A stretch of 64,000 bases of DNA from Nemertoderma westbladi (taxonomy: Eukaryota > Animalia > Xenacoelomorpha). Under the pieces are notes generated by a model. The model did no database searches. It worked only from the letters and a program-made list of their open reading frames with translations, and was not told the origin of the DNA. The DNA lies in assembly GCA_032718475.1 (NCBI GenBank), contig JAUCBJ010009082.1:1-64000 (forward strand), read 5' to 3'. Below, piece after piece: positions 1-12,915 of the stretch. The first letter of the stretch is position 1, and each line of letters starts with the position of its first letter. A program made the position numbers and the translations under genes.

Positions 1-445
1 AGAAGACATCTTAATTTGGTGGGTTAAACTGCCAAAGGTCTGAAAGCGCGAACAAAAACGTTTACTATTGTATCTTTATCTAATATAATATAACCAGCTA
101 AAGACCCTCAATACTTTATTTTTTTATCATCTTAACATTAAAGGTCAACATTAAAGGTCATGAATTCGGTCTTTGTAGCATTTATATGAAATCCAACCTC
201 CTTAGCAGCCCTCTCCACTTTATTTAGTAGATGTGCATCTGCTAGCGTATTAGAGAGCAGGGCGATGTCATCCGCAAAGTCGGTGTCTGTGACTGTAGTT
301 GCCGGATATCTACTACTTCTGCGTTCTTGAAGTGTGAATCCCAGATCTTCACCCTTTGCGGCCGTCCTTATTGCGTAATCCAGCACAATTACAAATAGTA
401 ATGGTGCTAATGGGTCACGTTGCAGTACGCCAGCCAGGATTGGGA
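1..445 (-). mobile_element. Decayed non-LTR retrotransposon RT fragment (RTE-like)
   Basis: GVLQRDPLAPLLFVIVLDY...DTDFADDIALL...GFHINATKTEFM = RT domains 4-6 (QGD-like and FADD motifs); stop at 138, degenerate downstream; left limit approximate. Confidence 0.8.
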
Positions 446-1043
446 AGATATAATTTTTATTGTTGCGTTTTCTTGTTTTATTTTCGTCGATATTGCACCA
501 GTCGTACGGCATTTATTCCTTAATGTATGTAACTGTATGTAACTGGTAACGATTCTCTGGTACCGAGATGACGTGGCAGGGATCCCAAATAATGTAAAAT
601 ATTTGACGTTATTTCAACTTTAGTGTCTCCAAGGCGTACAACAAAATAGTTACATTAGCATCGGAGCCTACTAAACAAAACAGGCCTCTGTCTGGCAGCC
701 AGATTTTGGCCTTGACGGCAATCAGATATAATTTTGAAAGATAGAAGAAATCGTTGAAAAATCGATACTAACAATAATATGTGTAATATATATATAATAT
801 GTGCTATACAATAATTCTACCTCCAATTCTACCAGAGAAAGATCCAAATTATGAGGAATAGAAGTAACTTTATCTTGTTTAGAAGAATAACGACTTACAA
901 GTGTAAGAATAAAAACTTACCAAAAATATAATCCTCTAAGTCAGTTTACAGATTTGTTAATATATATTATTATTCTTACGCCGAGTATGGCAAAGTAAAA
1001 CAAAATATATATTCAGAAGCAGTAAAATATTTACACAATAATT

Positions 1044-1713
1044 AGGGGGGGGGGGGGGGGTTGTTTTACTAGTTATATGTTTAAATAGCAAGCATGACAA
1101 ATTTTGTTGAATTTCATTAATTTTTGACAAAGTTATTGTTGAGCATAGAAAAATGGTATTATCTAAAATAGCGGGAAGGTTTGAATTGTTCCTTAAACTT
1201 TAAACACCCATATCTCAGAATGACGCTTTTTCATGAAAAATGATACTTCTCCGCCAATTTAAATTGAAATGAGTTTAAATTTGGTACACTTGTTAAGATT
1301 ACCCTTCTCCATACTTCTTCTGAACAAATCTGGTTGGAAATGCCCTGGAGCCTTTTTATTTCAAAAATGCCCAAAAAAACCTTTTTGGGGTCTAAAAAGG
1401 CTCCAGCGCATTTGAGGCAAAATTTGTTGAGAAAAAATGGATGCAGGGTTCTTCTGAACATATATTCCAAATTTCGACAAAGTTCAACAAATATTGGTGG
1501 AGAAATAGCCCTTGGCGCAAAAAGGCACTTTTGGCCATTACGGAGCCATTTTGGGGCCAATTTTAAAAATATTTGGCTTGGTTATTCTCACACAGTCCAG
1601 ACGATGTTTAGTAGCACAAAAAATAATTTTCACCCAATTTTATGGTCCAGAGACACCAAAATGTGAGGTTCAATTTGGGGGTGCTACCCCCCCCCCCCCC
1701 CCCCCCACCCTCC
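1044..1713. mobile_element. Possible non-autonomous interspersed repeat bounded by poly-G and poly-C tracts
   Basis: G-run at ~1045-1060 and C-run at ~1687-1712 in inverted arrangement; internal TATCTCAGAATGAC(G/A)CTTTT recurs near 31476. No coding signal. Confidence 0.3.
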
Positions 1714-2128
1714 TTATATAAAACGGAATATTGAAACGGTAAGTAAAAAAGGTGGTAAGTTCGGTTAGTTAACCGGTTTCGGTGGCCCATTGAGTCAGTC
1801 AGAGATTTTGAGATTTGTTAATGGAGGAATTAAAAATGCCATGTTTAGTGCTGCAATACCGGTATATTTTTTTGGAAAATCTGTGACTCTTTTAACAGAT
1901 ATTGCTACAGGTGCCCTCTAATATCAAGCCGAACTTCCTTAGAGGAAAATCGGGTTGACTATCGATTTCATCGACTCTTTACCAAGTCCAACGTGCTCTT
2001 ATATTAATACTCCCCTATAGGACTCATTTTCGTAATTTGACATGTTATTATTTATTAATTTCAGTATTTTATAACCGAAGTACAATGTTTGAATTATTAT
2101 TCAACAAATAAATATCATCATTACCATA

Positions 2129-4650
2129 TCAAATTAAATATTTCACCTTTAGTTTGTATGTTTTAATATCGTTGGGTTTGATGAGAACCCAAAATTTGTT
2201 TACATTATTGTTTTTAAGAACAGCATCTTTCCTACCAATGAGTTTCCTCCACTCCAGACGATGTACATTACTGGAAAGTTGGTTACCGGCCAACGACAAT
2301 TCTTCTACTTTAATAATGTCGAACACATTGAATATTCCACTGAGATTAACAATCTTCCAATGAGAATAATTCGCTGCTGTTTCTACATCATATTTATTTT
2401 CCAATCGCAGCAGAATTGTGCTTTTAGAGAGCATTTCCAGGGTAAGAAGATGGATGTTGTCTGGCAATGAATTACTAATAAGAAATGATAACTTTGTAGC
2501 GAATTCGTTTCTCCATCGCATTTCCGACGTTTCCAAACTACGGAACAAAGGGATCGGATTGTGGAACAAGTTTAGACGACCCAGATTGGCGACATTCGGA
2601 GCCAATTCCTCGGTGGTAACAGTTACCCAATGACGACCACGCACAATCAATCCATCCCCCCATTGGCCAGTTTCATTAAGTGCTTCTTGCACACCCCTGT
2701 AATCATCCAATAGCAGCCGTCGATGCAGCATTAACTCGACTTCACCACTAGCCATACTGCTCCCACCCTGACTCCGGTCCGTTAACACAATAAATCGGGA
2801 ATTTGTTATGTTGTCTCGGATGTGGATTTCGCTCGTAACAGGGTAGTAGTTCTGGCTCACTGGTTCACTGTTCTCTAGACGCCACGTGGGTCTGTAATCC
2901 CGGACCCTCTTTATCATCTGTCTACCGTTGGCGTCAGTATGGAAGACGTTATGGCTCTGTATATTTGTTGTGTAACGACTAATTATCTCCTTACCCAACC
3001 CATCGCCTATCGGTATGGGACCAACAGTCCATTCGAATTCAGCGAATTTGGAATTGGAATACAGCCGGATTACTTGGCTAGCCCACTCGGAAAATGTTTG
3101 ACGGATCTCGGAAACTGTATCTCCCCGGAATATTTCCGTTTTAATGCGGCCGTTTGCGATGTTGTTCGGTCGAGTTTTATTTGGCCGGAATAGATAAGCG
3201 CCGGAAGGATTTAACGACTCTGCATTCCCAGAACTCGCCTCGTACCAGAGCAGTGTCTGGGACAATTTTATTTTATTTCCAGTCTCTAAATTCCCCATGG
3301 AATTTATCAAACCAGTTTGCGAATCCAGTTCTAGAGATAAATGTTTATTAGATATTGTGATTTGTTTCTTAACATTATTCATCAAGGGTCTTACTCGTCC
3401 GTGATTGGTCAACATTTTTTCCTTGTTACCAATAAGAAACAAAGTTGTGTAACCCAAAGGTGGAATAATGACAGGAACAATGATTTCATGAGAAGAATTT
3501 CCTCTACTTCTTCTAACAGCTTTAGTTGCTTCAGTAACCTTTACGACATCGAACTTTACTTTATCTCCTTTGAAATCCAAAATACCGTAGGAATGAAATA
3601 CTGGCAATCGGATTACTCTTAATTGTATGGATTCTAACGGATTAAAAATTGTAATCGTCAGGTTATCTCCCGATTCTGTTATTGGACAGACACTCACATT
3701 GAGATACGAACAGAACTGCGCCACTGGAGGCGTGATGTGACCAGTCTTCCGACTGAGTCGAGATACTGACTTATCGATGAGCCGCTGACAATCGGCTACA
3801 CCGCGACTCAGACGCTTTCTGTAGTCGTCGTCGACATGTTGTTTCGCGGTTCCGGTTACTGCGTCGTGATGTTGCGCCACAGCCATGGCTCGACGCAGCG
3901 TCATCGAATCGCCGGCATCGTTGTCCTGGAGACCAGACAATGCTTGTAACTGTTTACAGGCTTGTAAGACATTGTTTGAAGTCCTGACTAACCCTTTGAA
4001 GGCGGGGCGACTACTGTAATAGCCGGTCCAATACGAATGCTTGCTGTCGGCATAAGGAAAGAAATCATCATTTTTTGTTGTCCAGGTTTTATTTTCACGA
4101 TTCAAGGCAAACAAATAGCAAGAAGGGGTTGAATAAATAAGATTTATTCGAGAACCGTTTGTTATTTGTAGATTATTCATGTAGAACATAAGTTTGTCCA
4201 TATTTTTGTACATTTGTAAAGCGTTCTGATATTGGAAATCTCCACCCATCGTGAACATAATGTGGTCGGTAGTGTAGTGGGAATGTTGTTCCTCGATGTG
4301 GCGACGGAATGCCTCCACTCGCTCGTCTACGTTGTACCCGTCCAGCTGGGGGTCGTCTTGTATCGGTGGGTCTCGACACAATTCGTCAAAGCAGAAACCG
4401 GCTGGTTCCCCGTAAAGCGGGCCGTAGAGGACGCTGGTAAACAAATCCCCGGCGTCCCCAGACCGGTCTCCCTCCCATATCATCTCCAACGTTTTATCCG
4501 CGTCTCTTTTCAACTTATCGTGGTAATCGATTCGCGCGAAGTATAATCCGTCGAACCCCATCTTGGCGAACAGCGATGCTTGTTCGCGACTGTGCCCGAA
4601 AGGATCAACGTGCCAGGCGACCTTGGGTATTCCACATTCTCCAAAAGTAT
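2129..4650 (-). CDS. MAN2B1: Lysosomal alpha-mannosidase, exon 3 (catalytic, middle and C-terminal domains)
   Basis: Acceptor tactgtttAG| gives (D)TFGECG; WHVDPFGHS (nucleophile Asp), TMGGDF, YSTPSCY, YWTGYYSSRP, QHHDAVTGT, SGAYLFRP, NYYPV, DRSQGGSS, ELMLHRR. Exon sum 260+200+2522=2982 nt = 993 aa + stop. Confidence 0.95.
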
Positions 4651-4909
4651 CTAAACAGTAAAAACATTGGGCGGAACATTTGTCAGGTGTCCAACTGTTG
4701 GTCATAATAATTACAACGTAAAAATGTAAATTTATAATGAAAAGAAAGTATCACGATAACCAGCCGCCACTAAAATTATGGCCAACTGAAAATCATCACT
4801 GTATTATATGGTTAAAAATTTTATTTACATCAAATTTCTTTATTTACAACCAAGAAAGAGGAGCCTTTATGTTGTCTCCAGTGTTTCGTGTTCGCAGATA
4901 ACTTAAGCA

Positions 4910-5081
4910 TTTTCTTGAGACGCATCTTAAAGGACACTGGCATTGAAGATGCGGATGATATAGCAAATGCCATGGGTGATAGGGAGTTGTGGCGGCGCAA
5001 TTTTGTCGACAAGCCGGCACAGCATTCTTAATATATATATAATGCAGCTGCAATGCAGCATGCCGATCGTAGTAGTAGTAA
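4910..5081 (+). mobile_element. 5'-truncated RTE-like LINE 3' end with (GTA)n tail
   Basis: Encodes ILKDTGIEDADDIANAMGDRELWRRNFV, then 3'UTR ATGCAGCTGCAATGCAGCATGCCGATC(GTA)4; candidate TSD TAAGCA at 4904-4909 and 5082-5087; same 3' end at ~5845-5954 and (inverted) at 10694-10870. Confidence 0.8.
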
Positions 5082-5374
5082 TAAGCACAGTGAGTGCTGA
5101 GTGGGATGCTCGTTTACACGTTGCAGTTTAGACATAAAATCGTCCTTATGTCTGTGGGCTAACAATATAGTCACGCCATGATTAATAAATATCATTACAA
5201 TACATTTTTAATTTATTTTAACCCTTTTACTGTAATTCCTAGCGAGCTATGTATGTTGTAGAAATAAGGCTCAGAAAGGGGCTCAGATGTACACCCCAAA
5301 ACTACAAGTAGCTAACAATTCAAAAAATATATGAAATAATATTACTAGTTACTGATGGTAACACCCCCCACTGG

Positions 5375-5954
5375 CACAAGACGTGGAGGAAATCAAGCAA
5401 AGTACCTTACTGATCTAGACTTTGCTGATGACTTAGGGGCACTGTCAGAATCACTAGAGAGAGCCCAAAGGCTCCTCTGCTTATTGGAGCAGGTTGCTTC
5501 TAGTGTTGGTCTTTTTGTTAACTACAAGAAGACCAAAATCATGACAGTGAAACTTGACAGCCCATAAGAAATGTCTGATCGTAAGAGCATAAGCTCTGGG
5601 GATGGCTTGCTTGAGCACGTGGATGACTTATGCTACTTGGGATCATGGATCAGAAAGTCAGGTGAAACCTTCGGATACGTAAGTGGAAGGCATAGGAAGC
5701 GTTAAATAGTCTGTCTAGGATTTGGAAGTCCCATAGAATAAAACGGAACCTTAAGGTTCGATTATTTATGGCAGCGGTGGTACCAGGAGTAATTTTATAA
5801 GGGAGTCAATACTTCAGAGGATACCAAAACTCTGGCAATCTCTGGTGATAGGGAGTTGTGGCGGAGCAATTTTGTCGACAAGTCGGCATATCATTCGTAA
5901 CATAGATGTAATATATATATAATGCAGCTGCAATGCAGCATGTCGATCGTAGTA
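5375..5954 (+). mobile_element. Internally deleted RTE-like LINE copy (RT fragment joined to 3' end)
   Basis: YLTDLDFADDLGALSES...VGLFVNYKKTKIM, CYLGSWI, LSRIWKS...LKVRLFMAAV with stops/frameshifts, then the same GDRELWR + 3'UTR as at 4910-5081. Confidence 0.8.
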
Positions 5955-6084
5955 TGTCTGGTGCGGCGGAGTGAAAAAATGAAATTTTGTAATTTAAGGT
6001 ATGGGTAGTTCTAAAAACTTGTATTGACATGAAAAAGGTGTAGAAAAATTGAAATATTAGTTTTAGGATAATTTGGTGATGATC

Positions 6085-7558
6085 AGGTGATGGAAACAAG
6101 GTGATGGAAACAATGTGATGGAAACAAGGTGATGGAAACAAACAAGGTGATGGAAACAAGGTGATGGAAACAAGGTGATGGAAACAAGGTGATGGAAACA
6201 AGGTGATGGAAACAAGGTGATGGAAACAAGGTGATGGAAACAAGGTGATGGAAACAAGGTGATGGAAACAAGGTGATGGAAACAAGGTGATGGAAACAAG
6301 GTGATGGAAACAAGGTGATGGAAACAAGGTGATGGAAACAAGGTGATGGAAACAAGGTGATGGAAACAAGGTGATGGAAACAAGGTGATGGAAACAAGGT
6401 GATGGAAACAAGGTGATGGAAACAAGGTGATGGGATGGAAACAAGGTGATGGGATGGAAACAAGGTGATGGAAACAAGGTGATGGAAACAAGGTGATGGA
6501 AACAAACAAGGTGATGGTAACAAGGTGATGGAAACAAGGTGATGGAAACAAGGTGATGGAAACAAGGTGATGGAAACAAGGTGATGGAAACAAGGTGATG
6601 GAAACAAGGTGATGGAAACAAGGTGATGGAAACAAGGTGATGGGATGGAAACAAGGTGATGGGATGGAAACAAGGTGATGGAAACAAGGTGATGGAAACA
6701 AGGTGATGGAAACAAGGTGATGGAAACAAACAAGGTGATGGTAACAAGGTGATGGAAACAAGGTGATGGAAACAAGGTGATGGAAACAAGGTGATGGAAA
6801 CAAGGTGATGGAAACAAACAAGGTGATGGAAACAAACAAGGTGATGGAAACAAACAAGGTGATGGAAACAAACAAGGTGATGGAAACAAACAAGGTGATG
6901 GAAACAAACAAGGTGATGGAAACAAGGTGATGGAAACAAGGTGATGGAAACAAGGTGATGGAAACAAGGTGATGGAAACAAGGTGATGGAAACAAGGTGA
7001 TGGAAACAAACAAGGTGATGGAAACAAGGTGATGGAAACAAGGTGATAGAAACAAACAAGGTGATGGAAACAAGGTGATGGAAACAAGGTGATGGAAACA
7101 AACAAGGTGATGGAAACAAGGTGATGGAAACAAGGTGATGGAAACAAGGTGATGGAAACAAGGTGATGGAAACAAGGTGATGGAAACAAGGTGATGGAAA
7201 CAAGGTGATGGAAACAAGGTGATGGAAACAAGGTGATGGAAACAAGGTGATGGAAACAAGGTGATGGAAACAAGGTGATGGAAACAAGGTGATGGAAACA
7301 AGGTGATGGAAACAAGGTGATGGAAACAAGGTGATGGAAACAAGGTGATGGAAACAAGGTGATGGAAACAAGGTGATGGAAACAAGGTGATGGAAACAAG
7401 GTGATGGAAACAAACAAGGTGATGGAAACAAGGTGATGGAAACAAGGTGATGGAAACAAGGTGATGGAAACAAGGTGATGGAAACAAACAAGGTGATGGA
7501 AACAAGGTGATGGAAACAAGGTGATGGAAACAAGGTGATGGAAACAAGGTGATGGAAA
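6085..7558. repeat. 14-bp minisatellite (GGTGATGGAAACAA)n in mannosidase intron 2
   Basis: Direct reading; ~100 units, with longer variants (+AAAC, +GATGG). Confidence 0.98.
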
Positions 7559-7898
7559 TGATTTTCAAAATTTGAACCCCGTCGAAAAAACAAGCTTCAA
7601 ATTACTAGAATATTTGATATATGTTCCATCGAATTGCAAACATTAAAAAAGCGATGTACACAGTAACTCAAAAATAGAAACGATACAATTCATATTTCAT
7701 TCAATGGAATATTAAAAAAGTCACCGAAAATAGTGCCAAAATTCCAATAAAAGTATTAAATATACTTCAGTTAAAATTAACGAATTTTACGATTAGGCCT
7801 ACATTACTGTAAACTTATAACGCGAGGTGTGATTTCCATACCCCTGATACTAATGTATTCCCTATGTGTATTAAGACTATTTAATACTACCTACTTAC

Positions 7899-8098
7899 CA
7901 TTTAACATGGAGAGACCCAAAGTCATTTGGTCGATGATTGCAGTATAATGGGTTGCCGCCTCGTCATTCATTACCCAGCCACCATTAGCGAACTCAAGTC
8001 GTCCCTCCTCCACTAGATGGCGCACCTTGGAACGTTTTAAACTCGTTTGAACTTTCCACCATCTCCAGAAGTAAGCAACCTCAACAAAGGTGAACTTT
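7899..8098 (-). CDS. MAN2B1: Lysosomal alpha-mannosidase, exon 2
   Basis: (R)[14 protein letters not shown]...[28 protein letters not shown]. Acceptor tatttcaaAG| and donor G|GTAAGT; 200 nt, phases match exons 1 and 3. Confidence 0.93.
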
Positions 8099-8304
8099 CT
8101 TTGAAATAGTAAATACATTATATTGCAGGGACATACCGATTGCGTGTCGGTTGGTGTCTGTGAATGTGACTTGCTTACTCCACTTCCCTAAAGTTGAAAA
8201 CCCGGATATTTTTTTTCTTAATTAGCTGGAATAATATAAATTATTTTAAAAAGTTTTTACATTTTATTTTGAGGCAGAGAAAAATAGTTACACGGGCGAC
8301 AAAA

Positions 8305-8388
8305 GCCCATCATGGCGTAATGGTTAAATCCGTTGCCTTGAATAAACACAACTCGAGAGGTGGTGGTCCTAGCCCAGCAATGATAGCT
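8305..8388 (+). mobile_element. tRNA-like (SINE-type) head with Pol III A box and degenerate B box
   Basis: TGGCGTAATGG at 8313-8323 fits the A-box consensus; GGTCCTAGCCC at 8365-8375 is 2 mismatches from GGTTCGAnnCC; no intact cloverleaf. Confidence 0.45.
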
Positions 8389-9915
8389 GACTGACTGGTA
8401 TGGCAGGCCAGCCAGGATATGGCCGACTGAACGCTGTGGCAGACCAGCCAGGATGGCCGACTGACCGGGCTGGTCGACTGACCGGTGTGGCAGGCCATCC
8501 AGGATGGCCGACTAAACGCTGTGGCAGACCAGCCAGGATGGCCTACTGAACGCTGTGGCAGACCAGCCAGGATGGCCGACTGACCGGGCTGGTCGACTGA
8601 CCGCTGTGGCAGGCCAGCCAGGATGGCCGACTGACCGGGCTGGTCGACTGACCGCTGTGGCAGGCCAGCCAGGATGGCCGACTGACCGGGCTGGTCGACT
8701 GACCGCTGTGGCAGGCCAGCCAGGCTGGCCGACTGACCGGGCTGGTCGACTGACCGCTGTGGGAGGCCAGCCAGGCTGGCCGACTGACCGCTGTGGCAGA
8801 CCAGCCAGGATGGCCGACTGACCGCTGTGGCAGACCAGCCAGGATGGCCGACTGACCGCTGTGGCAGTCCAGCCAAGATGGCCGACTGACCGCTGTGGCA
8901 GACCAGCCAGGATGGCCGACTGACCGCTGTTGGAGGCCAGCCAGGATGGCCGACTGACCGCTGTGGCAGACCAGCCAGGATGGCCGACTGACCGCTGTGG
9001 CAGACCAGCCAGGATGCCGACTAACCGCTGTGGGAGGCCAGCCGGGATGGCCGACTGACCGCTGTGGCAGACCAGCCAGGATGGCCGACTGACCGCTGTG
9101 GCAGACCAGCCAGGATGGCCGACTGAGCGCTGTGGCAGACCAGCCAGGATGGCCGACTGACCGCTGTGGCAGACCAGCCAGGATGGTCGACTGACCACTG
9201 TGGCAGGTCAGACAGGATGGCCGACTGACCGCTGTGGCAGACCAGCCAGGATGGCCGACTGACCGCTGTGGCAGACCAGCCAGGATGGCCGACTGACCGC
9301 TGTGGCAGACCAGCCAAGATGACCGACTGAGCGCTGTGGCAGACCAGCCAGGATGGCCGACTGACCGCTGTGGCAGACCATCCAGGATGGTCGACTGGCC
9401 GCTGTGGCAGACCAGCCAGGATGGCCGACTGACCGCTGTGGGAGGCCAGCCAGGATGGCCGACTGACCGCTGTGGCAGACCAGCCAGGATGGCCGACTGA
9501 CCGCTGTGGCAGACCAGCCAGGATGGCCGACTGACCGCTGTGGCAGACCATCCAGGATGGTCGACTGGCCGCTGTGGCAGACCAGCCAGGATGGTCGACT
9601 GACCGCTGTGGGAGGCCAGCCAGGATGGCCGACTGACCGCTGTGGCAGACCAGCCAGGATGGCCGACTGACCGCTGTGGCAGACCAGCCAGGATGGCCGA
9701 CTGACCGCTGTGGCAGACCAGCCAGGATGGCCGACTGAGCGCTGTGGCAGACCAGCCAGGATGGCAGACTGACCGCTGTGGCAGACCAGCCAGGATGGTC
9801 GACTGGCCGCTGTGGGTGGCCAACCAGGATGGCCGACTGAGCGATGTGGCAGACCAGCCAGGATGGTCGACTGACCGCTGTGGGAGGCCAGCCAGGATGG
9901 CCGACTGACCGCTGT
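8389..9915. repeat. 34-bp GC-rich minisatellite (GCTGTGGCAGACCAGCCAGGATGGCCGACTGACC)n in mannosidase intron 1
   Basis: Direct reading; ~40 units; left-hand units carry an extra 17-bp GGGCTGGTCGACTGACC (51-bp variant). Confidence 0.97.
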
Positions 9916-10063
9916 ATTGCGAAAGTATTGCAATGAATTACGGAAATGTAAAACTGGCGATGGGCCCAAACCACAAGACCCTGAAGCTTTTATCAGTAAA
10001 ATGTACGATATACTGTATGGAGACAGCGGTGCAACTGTAGTGTTTTATAAGTAATTATGTTAC

Positions 10064-10323
10064 CTTTTACTATCGGCCTCTAGTTGATCAACCACGGTAT
10101 CCAATATGTACTGGACACCAGCATCTTGTATTGAGTTATTGGCTCCGTAGTAATACTGGTCTACAGTCTTCAGCCATCCAACATCATCGTGGCTATGGGC
10201 AACCAAATGAACGTTTATCATTCCTGGTAACCCAGGGTTACACGATTCATACCCACAGCCAATAGAAAGCCGCGGGAATAACATCAATTCAATAATCCCA
10301 AGATATATTGTTAATAGTTTCAT
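10064..10323 (-). CDS. MAN2B1: Lysosomal alpha-mannosidase (GH38), exon 1 (signal peptide + Zn-binding motif)
   Basis: ATG at 10323, hydrophobic leader, then CGYESC...[24 protein letters not shown]...AGVQYILD, the conserved GH38 N-terminus. Donor AG|GTAAC after 10064 (260 nt, phase 2). Confidence 0.93.
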
Positions 10324-10561
10324 TATAGTTTTATTTTTTCAATATTTCCATATAATTATAATAGTCCTACTGGGATACCCGCTTTTATTATTCAATATTT
10401 TTTGAAGTAATATTGTATTTCACGGTTGACGCTTTATAACATTAGTATAACACCTTAAAATTTGAGTTTATGAATATTGATGAAATTCATATCTGTTTCA
10501 TGCAATTAAATGCAACAACCGTATGTCAAATAATTTAAAACTTAGTGTAAAATTATAGTCA

Positions 10562-10645
10562 GGGCGCTACTCCCAAAAATTAGGGTTAATGTCGACGTTC
10601 TGGGGCGCTACTCCCAAAAATTATGGTTAATGTCGACGTTCTGGG
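10562..10645. repeat. ~41-bp tandem duplication upstream of the mannosidase start
   Basis: GGGCGCTACTCCCAAAAATTA(G/T)GGTTAATGTCGACGTTCTG twice. Confidence 0.85.
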
Positions 10646-10693
10646 TTTTAGTAATGGCAACAATATAAGATCTGATGCTATGTCGGTGTACCT

Positions 10694-11015
10694 CTACTAC
10701 TACGATCGGCATGCTGCATTGCAGCTGCATTATATATATGTTACATATATATTAAGAATAATGTGCCGGCTTGTTGACAAAATTGCGCCGCCACAACTCC
10801 CTATCACCCATGACATTTGCTAGATCACCCGCATCTTCAAGGCCAATGTCCTTTAAAATGCGTATCAAGAAATGGGCTGTCCACCATGCTTATTCACTCC
10901 ATGAGGCCTCCAAAGCACAAGATTATGCACTGGCTGGTCCTCACGGCGAAAACAATGTCCTGCAAAGAGGAGGCGGCTTTATTCTAGTGTCAAGCTTGGG
11001 GGAGCCAATGAGACA
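10694..11015 (-). mobile_element. 5'-truncated RTE-like LINE 3' end
   Basis: Minus strand reads RLLFAGHCFRREDQPVHNLVLWRPHG...; ends in the same 3'UTR and (GTA)n tail as the two intronic copies. Confidence 0.82.
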
Positions 11016-11751
11016 CCAATGTTGTATAGTATGTCGGGTCGGTGTAGGTAACGGTTAGAAGAATTATTGCAAAGTGTTCTATAGTAAACGACCTAATGTT
11101 GCCATGGTAATAAGGGATCCTTAAAATATGTTGCAAAGTTGGTTCTCTTAAAAATTTAAAGGTATGAAAATTTTCTACACCTGTGCCAATTATGGTACTT
11201 TTATCCAGAGCGTCCTCATCAATTTGCTAAGCGACCCGACTATTAAGTATCTTCCCTAGAACAAAATGAGGAAATAAATTAGCAAGTCATAGGCTTGGTT
11301 ACTGTAAGAAAAAATTCTGACTCCTGACTGACTAACTTACTGCTGACCTAGAGCAAAAACGGCTATATTATTCATGAGCCCAGAAAATAGAGGATGATTC
11401 TAAATTAGGAAAACACTAGTAAAACACTAGGAAAACATTTGATTATGAAAAACAATGTAAAACAATCGGAAAACAGTGAAAATATGGAATCAGGTTGATT
11501 TAACACATGTATTTCTCTGTATTGGTAATCCTAAATGTGCTCCTCGCATCGCACACCTTAGAACTATCGGTATCCGAAAATAGATTTCAATATAATCGTC
11601 TCAACTTTTTTTTCGAAAATAAGAACGAATTAATCTCCCAACGGTTCACAATTCACATCATGTATCAACAAGTGCTGATTGACAGTGATGGCCTTGTAAT
11701 GTATTACCGCATCAGCTGATAGCTCTTCCCAGTGAATCCTATGGGAAAATC

Positions 11752-12915
11752 TGGTGTAAATATAACTTATTCGGTGCAAATATAACTTATTTGGTGTAAA
11801 TATAACTTATTTGGTGCAAATATAACTTATTCGGTGCAAATATAACTTATTTGGTGTAAATATAACTTATTTGGTGCAAATATAACTTATTCGGTGTAAA
11901 TATAACTTATTCGGTGCAAATATAACTTATTTGGTGTAAATATAACTTATTTGGTGCAAATATAACATATTCGGTGCAAATATAACTTATTTGGTGTAAA
12001 TATAACTTATTTGGTGCAAATATAACTTATTCGGTGTAAATATAACTTATTCGGTGCAAATATAACTTATTTGGTGCAAATATAACTTATTCGGTGCAAA
12101 TATAACTTATTTGGTGCAAATATAACTTATTTGGTGCAAATATAACTTATTTGGTGTATATATAACTTATTTGGTGCAAATATAACTTATTTGGTGTAAA
12201 TATAACTTATTGGGTGTAAATATAACTTATTCGGTGCAAATATAACTTATTTGGTGCAAATATAACTTATTTGGTGCAAATATAACTTATTTGGTGCAAA
12301 TATAACTTATTTGGTGCAAATATAACTTATTTGGTGTAAATATAACTTATTTGGTGTAAATATAACTTATTCGGTGCATATATAACTTATTTGGTGCAAA
12401 TATAACTTATTTGGTGGAAATATAACTTATTTGGTGTAAATATAACTTATTCGGTGCAAATATAACTTATTCGGTGCAAATATAACTTATTTGGTGCAAA
12501 TATAACTTATTTGGTGCAAATATAACATATTTGGTGTAAATATAACTTATTCGGTGCAAATATAACTTATTTGGTGCAAATATAACTTATTTGGTGTAAA
12601 TATAACTTATTCGGTGCAAATATAACTTATTTGGTGCAAATATAACTTATTTGGTGCAAATATAACTTATTTGATGCAAATATAACTTATTTGGTGCAAA
12701 TATAACTTATTTGGTGCAAATATAACTTATTTGGTGCAAATATAACTTATTTGGTGCAAATATAACTTATTTGGTGCAAATACAGCTTATTTGGTGCAAA
12801 TATAACTTATTTGGTGCAAATATAACTTATTTGGTGCAAATATAACTTATTTGGTGCAAATATAACTTATTTGGTTCAAATATAACTTATTTGGTGCAAA
12901 TATAACTTATTTGGA
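11752..12915. repeat. 20-bp minisatellite (TATAACTTATTYGGTGYAAA)n
   Basis: Exact 20-bp period, ~58 units; degenerate TTTGGTG units trail to ~13110. Confidence 0.98.

Noticed and set aside
1231-1790. Cluster of short overlapping ORFs
   Set aside because: No protein motifs; lies in probable non-coding interspersed repeat.
4651-4705. ORF-track start MTNSWTPDK... for the mannosidase
   Set aside because: Intronic; homology and phase indicate splicing at 4650 from upstream exons.
5806-7593. Long ORFs (478-595 aa) of FPSPCFHHLVSITL repeats
   Set aside because: Stop-free translation of a 14-bp minisatellite, open in all three frames, inside an intron.
8389-9915. Relationship between the two 34-bp arrays
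   Set aside because: Same period but only GGATGGC shared; not alignable.
8310-9974. Multiple 188-426 aa ORFs
   Set aside because: Translations of the 34-bp intronic minisatellite.
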